In this document: positions 1-9,112 of the stretch, one piece after another
How the letters are laid out: each line of letters starts with the position of its first letter
How positions within the stretch are numbered: the first letter of the stretch is position 1
Source: an uncultured delta proteobacterium
GTDB lineage: Bacteria > Desulfobacterota > Binatia > Binatales > Binataceae
Length of the DNA stretch: 64,000 nucleotides
Direction: 5' to 3'
NCBI GenBank assembly: GCA_963782535.1
Contig: CAWAKE010000003.1
Coordinates: forward strand, 780,730 to 844,729
Notes under the pieces: generated by a model
Database searches by the model: none
Told to the model about the DNA's origin: nothing
What the model saw: the letters and a program-made list of their open reading frames with translations, nothing else
Translations under genes and position numbers: made by a program

Positions 1-1
1 G

Positions 2-913
2 GTGAACTTCCAGGGTATCGCGCGAGTTGGTCCGACGCTGATGCAGTGGGGCACACCCGAACAGAAGGCGCGCTTCATTCCGAAGATTCCTTCGGCCGAA
101 GAGATTTGGTGCCAGGGCCTGTCGGAACCAAATCACGGGTCGGACCTTGCCGCGGTGGAAACCCGGGCGGTCGATAACGGCGATCATTTCATAGTGAACG
201 GGGCGAAGGTGTGGACCTCGAATGCGCATCATGCGGACTTTTCGACCCTGCTTTGCCGCAGCGATACCAGCGCGCCAAAACATCGCGGACTGAGTTATCT
301 ACTGGTAGATCTAAAAAGTCCCGGAGTGACTATTCGGCCGTTGGTCCAGATTACCGGCGAAAGCGGCTTCAACCAGGTGTTTTTCGAAGACGTCGCGGTG
401 CCAAAGTCGAATCTGGTGGGTCAGAAGAACCAGGGCTGGATGGTCGCGATCACCAATATGATGTTCGAGCGCACAATCCACGGCGGGCGAACCGACATGA
501 TGGTCGAAGTGCGGCAGCTCGGCGAATTGGCGAAACACGTCGACCGCAACGGGCGGCCGGCGATCGAAGACGGATACGTGCGTGGGCGGATTGCGGCGTT
601 TGCGTGCGAAGCCGAGGGCTTGAAGTACACCAGCCTGCGCCAGTTGACGCGCCAACTGCGCGGACTGCCGCCAGGGCCTGAGGGGTCGGTGATGAAGCTG
701 GGCACGACCGACTTGAACCTGCGGATTCAGAAGTTCGCGATGGAGTTGCTCGGTCCCTATAGTCAGTTCGAATACCGCGCGCCCGGGGCGATCGATCGGG
801 GAAAATGGTCACATCGGATGCTGGCGGCGCGGCGCGGTACAATTGCGGCGGGCACCAACGAAATTCAGCACAACATCATCGGGGAGCGGGTGCTCGGCCT
901 GCCTAAAGGATAA
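2..913 (+). CDS. acyl-CoA dehydrogenase, C-terminal part (5' end outside window)
   Basis: ORF runs off the left edge; ACAD-like C-terminal domain (GLSEPNHGSDLAA..., IIGERVLGLPK); TAA stop at 911-913. Confidence 0.85.
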   Translation: MNFQGIARVGPTLMQWGTPEQKARFIPKIPSAEEIWCQGLSEPNHGSDLAAVETRAVDNGDHFIVNGAKVWTSNAHHADFSTLLCRSDTSAPKHRGLSYLLVDLKSPGVTIRPLVQITGESGFNQVFFEDVAVPKSNLVGQKNQGWMVAITNMMFERTIHGGRTDMMVEVRQLGELAKHVDRNGRPAIEDGYVRGRIAAFACEAEGLKYTSLRQLTRQLRGLPPGPEGSVMKLGTTDLNLRIQKFAMELLGPYSQFEYRAPGAIDRGKWSHRMLAARRGTIAAGTNEIQHNIIGERVLGLPKG

Positions 914-915
914 TC

Positions 916-1713
916 ATGCCTGGTAAACTCGAGGGGAGAGTCGCAATCGTAACTGCGGGTGGAGCGGGGATCGGCGCGGCTACCGTGCGTCGCTTCGCCA
1001 AGGAAGGGGCGGCAGTAGTAATCGCAGACCTGAGCGGCACTCGGGCGCAAGCGGTCAGCGACGAAGTCAAAGGAGCCGGCGGCCGTGCGGTATGCATCAA
1101 AATGGACGCGTCCGATGCGGAGGCGATACAGGCGACGATCAAGCTGGCACTGGACACTTACGGCCGCCTCGACGTGATGTTCAACAACGCCGGCATGGCG
1201 GAAGTATCACTGGTTCACGACACTACGCTCGAATCGTGGAACCGCGTGATGGCGGTGACGCTGACGAGCACGTTTTTGGGAATCAAGTACGCGGTTCCGA
1301 TTATGCGCAAGCAGGGAGGCGGGGCGATCGTCAATACGGCGTCGATTTCCGGGATGCACGGCGATTACGGGATGGCGTCGTACAATGCGGCCAAGGCGGG
1401 TGTGATCAATCTGACTCGCGCGGCGGCGCTGGAGAACGCGAAGCACAAAATTCGCATCAATTGCGTATGTCCTGGCGGTATCAATACGCGCGTCGCACAG
1501 GTACTTGGGGGCGATCGCGCCGACGAATTTCGCCGGACTATGGGGGCAAGTCATCCCGTGGGCCGCATGGGCGAGCCAGAGGAAATAGCCAACACGGTGA
1601 CGTTTCTCGCGTCCGACGAAGCCTCATTCATCACGGGAGCGAAAATCGTCGTGGACGGCGGGGTTAGTGCGCATACGGGAATGCCGGCCTTCATTCCGTC
1701 CGCGAAGAACTGA
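916..1713 (+). CDS. SDR family oxidoreductase (3-oxoacyl-ACP reductase-like)
   Basis: N-terminal TAGGAGIG Rossmann motif; NNAG and YxxxK (YNAAK) catalytic motifs; ATG 3 nt after the upstream stop, preceded by AAAGGA. Confidence 0.85.
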   Translation: MPGKLEGRVAIVTAGGAGIGAATVRRFAKEGAAVVIADLSGTRAQAVSDEVKGAGGRAVCIKMDASDAEAIQATIKLALDTYGRLDVMFNNAGMAEVSLVHDTTLESWNRVMAVTLTSTFLGIKYAVPIMRKQGGGAIVNTASISGMHGDYGMASYNAAKAGVINLTRAAALENAKHKIRINCVCPGGINTRVAQVLGGDRADEFRRTMGASHPVGRMGEPEEIANTVTFLASDEASFITGAKIVVDGGVSAHTGMPAFIPSAKN

Positions 1714-1795
1714 CTATTGAGCGACGATTGAGAATCGGCGTTTTGAGATGGCTCAGACGGCACCAGATTCGACTGAGTAATCGTGAGGTATTGCG

Positions 1796-2830
1796 ATGGA
1801 TAGTGATTCGATACTCCGTACACCGCTGTGCGATCGCCTGAAAATCAAGTATCCGGTGTTTCAGGCCGGAATGGGGTTCGTGGCGAAAGCCGAACTCGCG
1901 GCTGCCGTATCCAACGCGGGTGGCCTGGGCTGTATCGGATCGGGGGCTATGTCCGCGCATGAATTGCTCGATCAGATTCGCAAATGCCGTGAACTGACCG
2001 ACAAACCGTTCGCCGTTGACATTCTATTCGCGCAAGTCAAGGCGGACCCCAACGCGCAGGAAGTAATTCGCTATGCCTCCAACGTGCAGCGCCTGATCGA
2101 TGTAACTTTCGAAGAGAAGGTTCCGGTGATCGTCTCGGGTCTCGGCAATCCCGCCGGTATTATAGAACGCGCACATCAGCAGGGCGTGGTGGTGATGTCG
2201 CTGTGCGGCAACGTCAAGCAGGCACGCAGGCTGGAAGCCTCGGGTATCGACGTAATCATCGCGCAGGGACACGAAGCCGGCGGTCATACCGGGCGTATCG
2301 GCACAATGACCTTAACTCCGCAAATTATCGATGCTGTGAGTGTGCCGGTTCTGGCTGCAGGCGGGCTCGCCGATGGTCGCGCGTTGATCGCCGCGATTGC
2401 GCTTGGCGCGCAGGGCATTTGGATGGGTTCGCGGTTTATCGCCACAAACGAAGCTACGGCACATATCAACTATAAAAACCGCATCGTCGAGATCGACGAA
2501 GAGGGCACAACCATTACCCGCTGCCATTCAGGTAAGCCATGCCGGTTGATCCGAAATAAGTTTACTGATTCATGGGTTGGCCGCGAGAGTGAGATTCAGC
2601 CGTTTCCGTTGCAGATGGCAAAGGTCGGGTTTACCGCGGCCCAGAGCGCGCGCTATGACGGCAAGATTGAAGACGGCGGCCTCGCTTGCGGGCAGAGCGC
2701 CGGGCTCATACGGTCGATCAAGCCGGCGGGGCAAGTAGTTGGAGACGTGATGGAAGAGGCGAGGTTGGCTCTGGAAGCGCGTTTTTTCCGTCCGAGTGGG
2801 GAATCCCATAAGCGTTCGACAGCGGCCTGA
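1796..2830 (+). CDS. nitronate monooxygenase / FMN-dependent enoyl reductase family protein
   Basis: GMGFVAKAELAAAVSNAGGLGCIGSG and HEAGGHTG motifs typical of the NMO/FabK family. Confidence 0.8.
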   Translation: MDSDSILRTPLCDRLKIKYPVFQAGMGFVAKAELAAAVSNAGGLGCIGSGAMSAHELLDQIRKCRELTDKPFAVDILFAQVKADPNAQEVIRYASNVQRLIDVTFEEKVPVIVSGLGNPAGIIERAHQQGVVVMSLCGNVKQARRLEASGIDVIIAQGHEAGGHTGRIGTMTLTPQIIDAVSVPVLAAGGLADGRALIAAIALGAQGIWMGSRFIATNEATAHINYKNRIVEIDEEGTTITRCHSGKPCRLIRNKFTDSWVGRESEIQPFPLQMAKVGFTAAQSARYDGKIEDGGLACGQSAGLIRSIKPAGQVVGDVMEEARLALEARFFRPSGESHKRSTAA

Positions 2831-2971
2831 CGCGCGGCACCGATAATTGAAATACTCGCCACCTTCGCCGACCAAGGCGTGCCCGCGCTTACATCAATGG
2901 TGCTGAAGGGCGGTCTGACTCGCGTCGACGGCTCCGGTGGCGGCGATTAATCGCGCCTGACCCCAACGCGT

Positions 2972-3010
2972 AAACGGAGCGGCTCACAAAGCCACTCCGT
3001 TTCCTTTTCA
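2972..3010. terminator. GC-rich hairpin plus T-run between convergent NMO and boxB (possibly bidirectional terminator)
   Basis: ACGGAGcgg...ccACTCCGT stem followed by TTCCTTTTC. Confidence 0.4.
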
Positions 3011-3077
3011 GGTAGATTGGAAATCCTACAATTTCGCGATCAAGCCGCTGCGAAGAAGAAATCCGGAGTTGGAGGAT

Positions 3078-4496
3078 CTACGGCTTGACGTACGCGAAGT
3101 CGAGCGGCTGATGGTTGATTCCGCGCGCAGGCGGTGCGATCCATCCGGCGAACTTTCCGGGTTCCGTCACTCCGACCATCAGCGAGCCGACAAACTCCTG
3201 GTCCTCGGCGGTGGGCAGCCATTGCGGATGAGCGGCGGTCCACTCGGCGTCGGTAAGCAAATGTCCCTCGGGGGAGGTATTGACCGCGGCGCAATCGCCA
3301 ATGGCGCGATGAAATCCTCGATGCGGCAGGCGCAATTCGAAGTCAATTCCCGCGGTCTTGATTAGCTTGTTCCAACGCGCGAGGCCGCGCGCACAATCGG
3401 CGATGTAAGCGTCGCGAAGACTTTCGTTGAGGGCAAGCAGGGCGGGCCGATCCTGGTGCACAATCCGGTCATGATCGACTTGAGTGATCCGGTAGGACGC
3501 GGATTTCAGTTGATGGTCGTCGTCACGCGATTCCTCGTTGAAGCGGCCCTTTAGTCCCATGCTGAAATAGTTTGCCGCGTTGGTGGAGAGTTCGGCGCCG
3601 AACAAATCAAGTGAGACTGAGTAATGGAAATTCAGATATTTCTGCAGCAGTGTCAGGTCGATTCCACCAAAGCGTCCGACCTTGTCGGTGTCATGCTCCT
3701 TCATCAATTCACAGGTGCGCTGCACCACGCGACCGATTCCGGTCTCGCCGACGAACATATGATGGGCTTCTTCAGTGAGCATGAAGCGGCAAGTGCGCGA
3801 GAGCGGATCGAAGGCTGATTCGGCGAGACTCGCGAGTTGGTATTTGCCGTCGCGATCGGTAAAGAAAGTAAACATCAGGAAGGATAGCCAGTCGGGGGTC
3901 TGTTCGTTGAATGCGCCAAGGATACGCGGATTATCGGCACTGCCGGAGCGCCGCTGCAGGAGCGCGTCGGCCTCCTCGCGTCCGTCGCGACCGAAATAGG
4001 CGTGTAGCAGGTAGGCCATGGCCCAAAGGTGACGCGCCTCCTCGACATTGACCTGGAAAAGATTGCGCAAGTCGTAGAGCGACGGGCTAGTGCGGCCCAA
4101 TAGGCGCTGCTGTTCGACCGAAGCGGGCTCGGTGTCTCCCTGGGTGACGATCAACCTGCGCAATGCGCCACGATATTCACCCGGAATCTCCTGCCAGACG
4201 GGGTCGCCTTTGTGATCGCCGAAGGCGATGTGACGATCGGGGTCGGCGTCGGCAAGGAAGATTCCCCAGCGATATTCGGGCATCCGGACGTAGCCGAAGG
4301 TGGCCCAGCCGTGCGCATCGACCGACGTAGCGGTGCGCAGATAGACCTGCCGCGCCTGAAAGCCGGCGGGACCCATGTCGGCCCACCAACTCTGGAAGCC
4401 CGGCTGCCACTGTTCGAGCGCGCGCTGGAGGCGGCGGTTGTCGGAAAGATTCACGTTGTTGGGAATCCGCTCGGCGTAATCGATGGTCATCGTCAT
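3078..4496 (-). CDS. boxB: benzoyl-CoA 2,3-epoxidase (benzoyl-CoA oxygenase) component B
   Basis: 472 aa; strong resemblance along the whole length to Azoarcus BoxB (ERIPNNVNL..LQRALEQWQP, VTQGDTEPASVEQQR, NVEEARHLWAMAYLLHAYFGRDGREE, TEEAHH di-iron ligands); ATG overlaps the boxC stop (ATGA). Confidence 0.9.
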   Translation of the reverse strand: MTMTIDYAERIPNNVNLSDNRRLQRALEQWQPGFQSWWADMGPAGFQARQVYLRTATSVDAHGWATFGYVRMPEYRWGIFLADADPDRHIAFGDHKGDPVWQEIPGEYRGALRRLIVTQGDTEPASVEQQRLLGRTSPSLYDLRNLFQVNVEEARHLWAMAYLLHAYFGRDGREEADALLQRRSGSADNPRILGAFNEQTPDWLSFLMFTFFTDRDGKYQLASLAESAFDPLSRTCRFMLTEEAHHMFVGETGIGRVVQRTCELMKEHDTDKVGRFGGIDLTLLQKYLNFHYSVSLDLFGAELSTNAANYFSMGLKGRFNEESRDDDHQLKSASYRITQVDHDRIVHQDRPALLALNESLRDAYIADCARGLARWNKLIKTAGIDFELRLPHRGFHRAIGDCAAVNTSPEGHLLTDAEWTAAHPQWLPTAEDQEFVGSLMVGVTEPGKFAGWIAPPARGINHQPLDFAYVKP

Positions 4497-6142
4497 ACCC
4501 TCCGCGCGTCGAATTCCGCGCGCCGGCCGGTGCCGTAGAGTTTCAGCGCACCCTTCTCACCGACGGCATTGGGCCGCTGGAAAATCCAGTTCTGCCACGC
4601 TGAGAGCCGGGCGAAAATTTTGGTTTCCATGGTTTCGGGGCCGGCGAAGCGCAGCGACGCTTCCATCCCGGTCAGCGCGTCGGGCGAGAACGAAGCCCGT
4701 TCCTCGATCGCAATCCGCAGTTCGTCGTCCCAGTCGATTTCGTCAGGCGCGAAGGTTACCAGTCCAAGCTTTTCGGCCTCCTCGGCATGGAGGTCGTCGT
4801 CGATGCGGCCGCGCAGCTCCTCGAGATGATTGGGATCGTCGATAAAGCGCGTCTCAATACGGGCGAGCCCGTTCAACATCGGAAAGGCGCGAAAATTCGA
4901 TCCGGTCAGGGTGAGGGCCGCAGCGGGCGCCGGATCGCTTTCGCGCTGCCCGTTCATCATATAGATACGGTCGGCGGCGAGAGCGAGTTCGAGCAACAGA
5001 CCGGCGAAACATGAACCCGGTTCAATCAAGGCGAAGAGCGAGCGGGAAGTGACGTCGAGGCGGGCGAAGGTCCGTTTGAGGTAGAGAGTGATTTCGCGTA
5101 ATAGCCAGTCGCTCGCAAATTCCGCGAGCAGCCGATCGTGCGACTCGACCAATTGGCGGTCGCCCTCGGTGCGGATTATCCAGGTGCCGATGGATTCCTC
5201 GTTGAAGCGCAGATGCAAGATGGCGTCTTCGAGTTCACGTGCGATCGCGAGCGGCCAGAACGACGTGCCCAGCCGGTGGATATCCTCGGCCGAGGCGGGA
5301 GCCGCGGATGAGGGGCCATAAACGGTAATGTTCGCGACGCCGCGCGCGCGATCGATTTCGATCGCAAGGTGTTCGTAGCGCACGCCGTCTTCAGCGGCGT
5401 CGCGAGCCAGGGGCGACAACTCGATTCCGCGAACACCGCGGGGGTGCGGCGAAAGTTCCGCGAGCTCTGCGGCCTTTCGATGGGCGGCGCCAAACAGCGC
5501 GGTGCGCGGTACGACCTCGTCAACCAGCCGCCATTGGACCGCGCGTTTACCGCGCACGCCCTCTTCGGTGGTGCAGAAAAAGTCGGCCAGATCGCGTCGC
5601 ACACGCCGCTTGTCCACCAGCCGTGTAAGACCGCCGGTGCCCGGCAACACGGCGAGCAGCGGTAATTCCGGAAGGGACACGCTGGTCGCGCCGTCATCGG
5701 CCATCATGATGTAGTCAGCCGCCAGGGCGAGCTCGTAGCCACCGCCGGCGCACGATCCGTTAATTGCGGCGATGTAGGTTTGTGCCGAGTTGCGGGTCGC
5801 ATCTTCGATCGCGTTGCGGGTCTCATTGGTGAACTTGCAGAAGTTGACCTTGAAGGAATGATTAGCGAGACCCAGCGCGCGGATATTTGCGCCGGCGCAA
5901 AAAACCCGCTCCTTGCCGGAGGTAAGAATGACGCTCGCGACCTCCGGATGCTCGAAGCGCAGACGCTGCACTGCGTCGTTAAGTTCGATATCGACCCCAA
6001 GGTCGTAGGAATTGAGCTTGAGTTCGTAGCCGGGCGCGATCCCGCCGTCCTCGGCGACGTCGAGCGCCAGCGTCGCCACGGGGCCGTCGAAAGTGAGCTT
6101 CCAGTGCCGGTAATTTTGCGGGTTGGTTCTGAAATCGATCAT
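4493..6142 (-). CDS. boxC: benzoyl-CoA-dihydrodiol lyase (crotonase superfamily)
   Basis: 549 aa, the unusual length of BoxC; N-terminal enoyl-CoA hydratase fold (VFCAGANI); immediately upstream of and overlapping boxB. Confidence 0.85.
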   Translation of the reverse strand: MIDFRTNPQNYRHWKLTFDGPVATLALDVAEDGGIAPGYELKLNSYDLGVDIELNDAVQRLRFEHPEVASVILTSGKERVFCAGANIRALGLANHSFKVNFCKFTNETRNAIEDATRNSAQTYIAAINGSCAGGGYELALAADYIMMADDGATSVSLPELPLLAVLPGTGGLTRLVDKRRVRRDLADFFCTTEEGVRGKRAVQWRLVDEVVPRTALFGAAHRKAAELAELSPHPRGVRGIELSPLARDAAEDGVRYEHLAIEIDRARGVANITVYGPSSAAPASAEDIHRLGTSFWPLAIARELEDAILHLRFNEESIGTWIIRTEGDRQLVESHDRLLAEFASDWLLREITLYLKRTFARLDVTSRSLFALIEPGSCFAGLLLELALAADRIYMMNGQRESDPAPAAALTLTGSNFRAFPMLNGLARIETRFIDDPNHLEELRGRIDDDLHAEEAEKLGLVTFAPDEIDWDDELRIAIEERASFSPDALTGMEASLRFAGPETMETKIFARLSAWQNWIFQRPNAVGEKGALKLYGTGRRAEFDARRV

Positions 6143-6216
6143 ATGCGGTACCGCCGTTCGAACTTACCCGAGTGCCGCGCGAGATTGGGCAGTCGTGCGA
6201 AGCGATTTAATCGTAG

Positions 6217-6230
6217 TGCATTATAATGCA
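6217..6230. promoter_or_regulatory. perfect palindrome TGCATTATAATGCA (TGCA-N6-TGCA), candidate BoxR/BzdR operator overlapping a TATAAT-like -10
   Basis: read directly; 14-bp perfect inverted repeat in the 121-bp gap between the boxR stop and the boxC start. Confidence 0.55.
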
Positions 6231-6263
6231 TATCGAGAGCGCGAGGGTCAAACATCATGAGCA

Positions 6264-7220
6264 TCAGCCGGAACTCGCTTTGGCGCGCGCGTCAGCGACG
6301 AGCCGCAGAAGTTCGCGCAACGATTGCGCCGGGCTCTTGTCGCTGGTGTCGAGGTGGGAGTCGGCTTTGCAGTAAAGCCGCTCGCGCTGCGCGAGGATGC
6401 GCCGCATATCGGCCATTGCCTGGGCCTCGCCGGCACCGGCGCGAACGCGATAATCGCCGGCCTTGCGCACGACGCGTTCCCAATGGTCCTCGGGCGTGGC
6501 CTGGAGCCAGACGACGTAACAGGAGGCGAGCAGCGGCTCGAAGCTTGAGAGTTCCGCGACGAGTCCGCCGCCGGTCGCGATGACGATGCGGTTGCGCGTA
6601 CGGACGAGGCGTTCAATCGCGCGCCGCTCGTAGCGGCGGTATGCGGCTTGACCCCAGAGATTGAATATTTCAGTGACGCCCACGCCGGCTTCGCGCGCAA
6701 CCTCGCGGCTCAGTTCGACGAAGTCCCAGTTGAGGCGGCGTGCGAGACCGCGACCGAGGGTGCTCTTCCCGGCACCGCGCAATCCGATGAGTGCGACCCG
6801 CTCCAGGCGTTCGACGCCGTCGCCGAAACGGCGCGCCAGTATCGAGGAGGCCTGGGTCAGTTCGGACGGACCGAGGCGCCGGAGCCGCTCGGTCAGCAGC
6901 TGGAATTCGATTGGCGGCTGGTCTTCGCTCACGAGGTTCGAAATTGAGATATCGATGGCGGCGGCGACCCGGCGCAGGAGAACGATCGAGAGGTTCCCGC
7001 GCCCGCTCTCGAGTTGCGCGAGATAACGTTCGGAAACCCCGGAATCATGTGCGAGCATGCGCCGGGTCATCCCGTGGCGTGCGCGTGCGTCGCGCACTCG
7101 TTCGCCGAGGATGCGGAGGTAGGGAGCGCTTGCGCAGGCGCCGTTGGGGTGCGGCTGTGAAGGGGAGGGCGAGACAGCGCCGGGAGCTTTCAACAGGGTT
7201 GCCATAAGCAAATTCAACAT
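6264..7220 (-). CDS. boxR: transcriptional regulator, HTH-XRE domain fused to a shikimate-kinase-like domain (BoxR/BzdR family)
   Basis: HTH_XRE (LGERVRDARARHGMTRRMLAHDSGVSERYLAQLESG) followed by a Walker A (GLRGAGKSTLG) shikimate-kinase fold; ORF-track start 7340 trimmed to internal Met (7220 or 7205) to avoid overlap with the divergent ligase. Confidence 0.8.
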   Translation of the reverse strand: MLNLLMATLLKAPGAVSPSPSQPHPNGACASAPYLRILGERVRDARARHGMTRRMLAHDSGVSERYLAQLESGRGNLSIVLLRRVAAAIDISISNLVSEDQPPIEFQLLTERLRRLGPSELTQASSILARRFGDGVERLERVALIGLRGAGKSTLGRGLARRLNWDFVELSREVAREAGVGVTEIFNLWGQAAYRRYERRAIERLVRTRNRIVIATGGGLVAELSSFEPLLASCYVVWLQATPEDHWERVVRKAGDYRVRAGAGEAQAMADMRRILAQRERLYCKADSHLDTSDKSPAQSLRELLRLVADARAKASSG

Positions 7221-7233
7221 GCAATATAGTTCA
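7220..7233. promoter_or_regulatory. imperfect TGCA-N6-TTCA element in the boxR/ligase divergent promoter region
   Basis: TGCAATATAGTTCA in the AT-rich 100-bp intergenic region. Confidence 0.3.
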
Positions 7234-7317
7234 ACTATTCTTAGAACAGACACGGACGTAATGCTATCCCCCGGCATCAAGGTGAAGCGCGTGGAAGATT
7301 CGGTCGAGGCCCCGTAA

Positions 7318-8901
7318 GTGAGTAATGCACCGGCGGACATTCAGTCGCGTTGGGTGACGGTTGCGCGCGAATACAACGCCGCCGAGCACTTCATCGATCG
7401 CCATCTGCGCGAAGGGCGTGGCGGCAAGATTGCGTATATCGACGATCGCGGGAGTTACAGTTACGGGGACCTGGCGGCACGGGTGAATCGCGCAGGCAAC
7501 GTGCTCAGGCGTGCGGGCGTGCAGATGGAGCAGCGGGTACTGCTGTGCATGCACGACGGGATCGATGTCGTGGCGTTATTCTGGGGGGCCGTGAAGATTG
7601 GCGCGGTGCCGGTGCCGGTCAACACGCTGCTGTCGGCGGCCGATTACGAGTTCATGCTGCGCGACTCGCGCGCGCAACTGCTGGCGGTCACGGCGCAGGT
7701 GCTGGAGCGGTTCGAACCGATTATCGAAGCCCAGCCGCATTTGAAAAAAATTCTTGTTAGCGGCGGCGAGGCGCCGATCCAGGACGGGCGAATCGAGAGC
7801 TTCGAGGTGTTGACGAATACCGCGGACGCGAGTCTCGAAGCGGCGCCGACGGTGGCCGACGACGTGGCGTTTTGGCTTTATTCGTCGGGCTCCACGGGGC
7901 GTCCGAAGGGCGTCATGCATCTGCATAGCAGCCTGGTGCAGACGGCCGCGTTGTACGCCGAGGGAATCCTCGGGATACGCGAGGATGACGTCGTCTTTTC
8001 GGCGTCGAAACTGTTTTTCGCGTATGGGCTTGGCAACGCGATGAGTTTTCCTCTGCATGCGGGAGCAACGGCGATCCTGATGGCCGAGCGGCCGACGCCG
8101 GCGGCGGTGATGGGTACGATGCAGCGATATCACCCGACGATCTTCTGCGGGGTGCCGACGCTGTACGCGGGAATTCTCGCCGATGAGTCGCTCGAGTGGG
8201 TAACGAGCCTCTCGGGGTTGCGGCTTTGCACGTCGGCCGGAGAGGCGCTGCCGGAGCCAGTCGCACGGCGATGGGCAGAACGCTATGGGGTAGAGATTCT
8301 CGACGGGCTGGGCTCGACCGAGGCGCTGCATATTTTTCTTTCGAATCGCACGGGCGCGATCCGCTATGGCAGTTCGGGTCAGCCGGTTCCGGGGTACGAA
8401 CTATCGTTGCGCGACGAGAGCGGCAAGGAGACGGGCGACGGTGCGATCGGCGACCTGTGGTGCCGGGGGCCTTCGATCGGCGCCGGCTACTGGAACAATC
8501 GCGAGGCCTCGAACTGTAGTTTCGTTGGCGGATGGTTGAAGACCGGCGACAAGTACGTGCGCGACGCGGATGACTATTATCATTTCGCGGGCCGTTCGGA
8601 CGACATGCTCAAGGTTGGCGGTATCTGGGTATCGCCGTTCGAAGTCGAGACAGCGCTGCTGGAGCATCCGCAAGTGAGGGAGGCGGCGGTGGTCGGCGCT
8701 GCGGATGCGCAATCTTTAATCAAGCCGAAGGCCTTCGTGGTGCTCAAGGATACGAGCGATGGGTCGGCCGCGCTCGCGGAAGAACTGAAGGAATTCGTCA
8801 AGGCGCGGGTGGCGCCGTACAAGTATCCACGCTGGATTGAATTTCGCGCCGAACTGCCGCGCACCGCGACCGGCAAGCTCAAGCGCTTCGAATTGAATTA
8901 A
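7318..8901 (+). CDS. bclA: benzoate-CoA ligase (AMP-forming)
   Basis: 527 aa; AMP-binding motif YSSGSTGRPKGV; C-terminal KYPRWIEF..TATGKLKR; divergent from boxR as in box clusters; GTG start. Confidence 0.85.
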   Translation: MSNAPADIQSRWVTVAREYNAAEHFIDRHLREGRGGKIAYIDDRGSYSYGDLAARVNRAGNVLRRAGVQMEQRVLLCMHDGIDVVALFWGAVKIGAVPVPVNTLLSAADYEFMLRDSRAQLLAVTAQVLERFEPIIEAQPHLKKILVSGGEAPIQDGRIESFEVLTNTADASLEAAPTVADDVAFWLYSSGSTGRPKGVMHLHSSLVQTAALYAEGILGIREDDVVFSASKLFFAYGLGNAMSFPLHAGATAILMAERPTPAAVMGTMQRYHPTIFCGVPTLYAGILADESLEWVTSLSGLRLCTSAGEALPEPVARRWAERYGVEILDGLGSTEALHIFLSNRTGAIRYGSSGQPVPGYELSLRDESGKETGDGAIGDLWCRGPSIGAGYWNNREASNCSFVGGWLKTGDKYVRDADDYYHFAGRSDDMLKVGGIWVSPFEVETALLEHPQVREAAVVGAADAQSLIKPKAFVVLKDTSDGSAALAEELKEFVKARVAPYKYPRWIEFRAELPRTATGKLKRFELN

Positions 8902-8932
8902 CCTACTCGGCAATCCACTCGAATCGTAGGCA

Positions 8933-8962
8933 GGACGCTTCGCGAGGGGTGGAGAAGCGTCG
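8933..8962 (+). terminator. hairpin downstream of ligase (GACGCTTC...GAAGCGTC), no clear T-tract
   Basis: 8-bp perfect stem, 12-nt loop. Confidence 0.3.
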
Positions 8963-9112
8963 GATTGCGCGTGCAATTCGTGTCACCCTGAATTGTCGCC
9001 CAACGTGTATCGGTATTGCGGATTCGGTGCGGCGTGCAAGCACGCTGGCGCGCAGCGGGCTGCGGTGGTAACTGAGGGTCAGTCATGTGCCGCGGCGAAG
9101 GAAATTAATTCG

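Noticed and set aside
7221-7340. First 40 codons of the 358-aa boxR ORF
   Set aside because: They would overlap the divergent benzoate-CoA ligase start and run through the AT-rich promoter region. The HTH-XRE domain begins after the internal Met.
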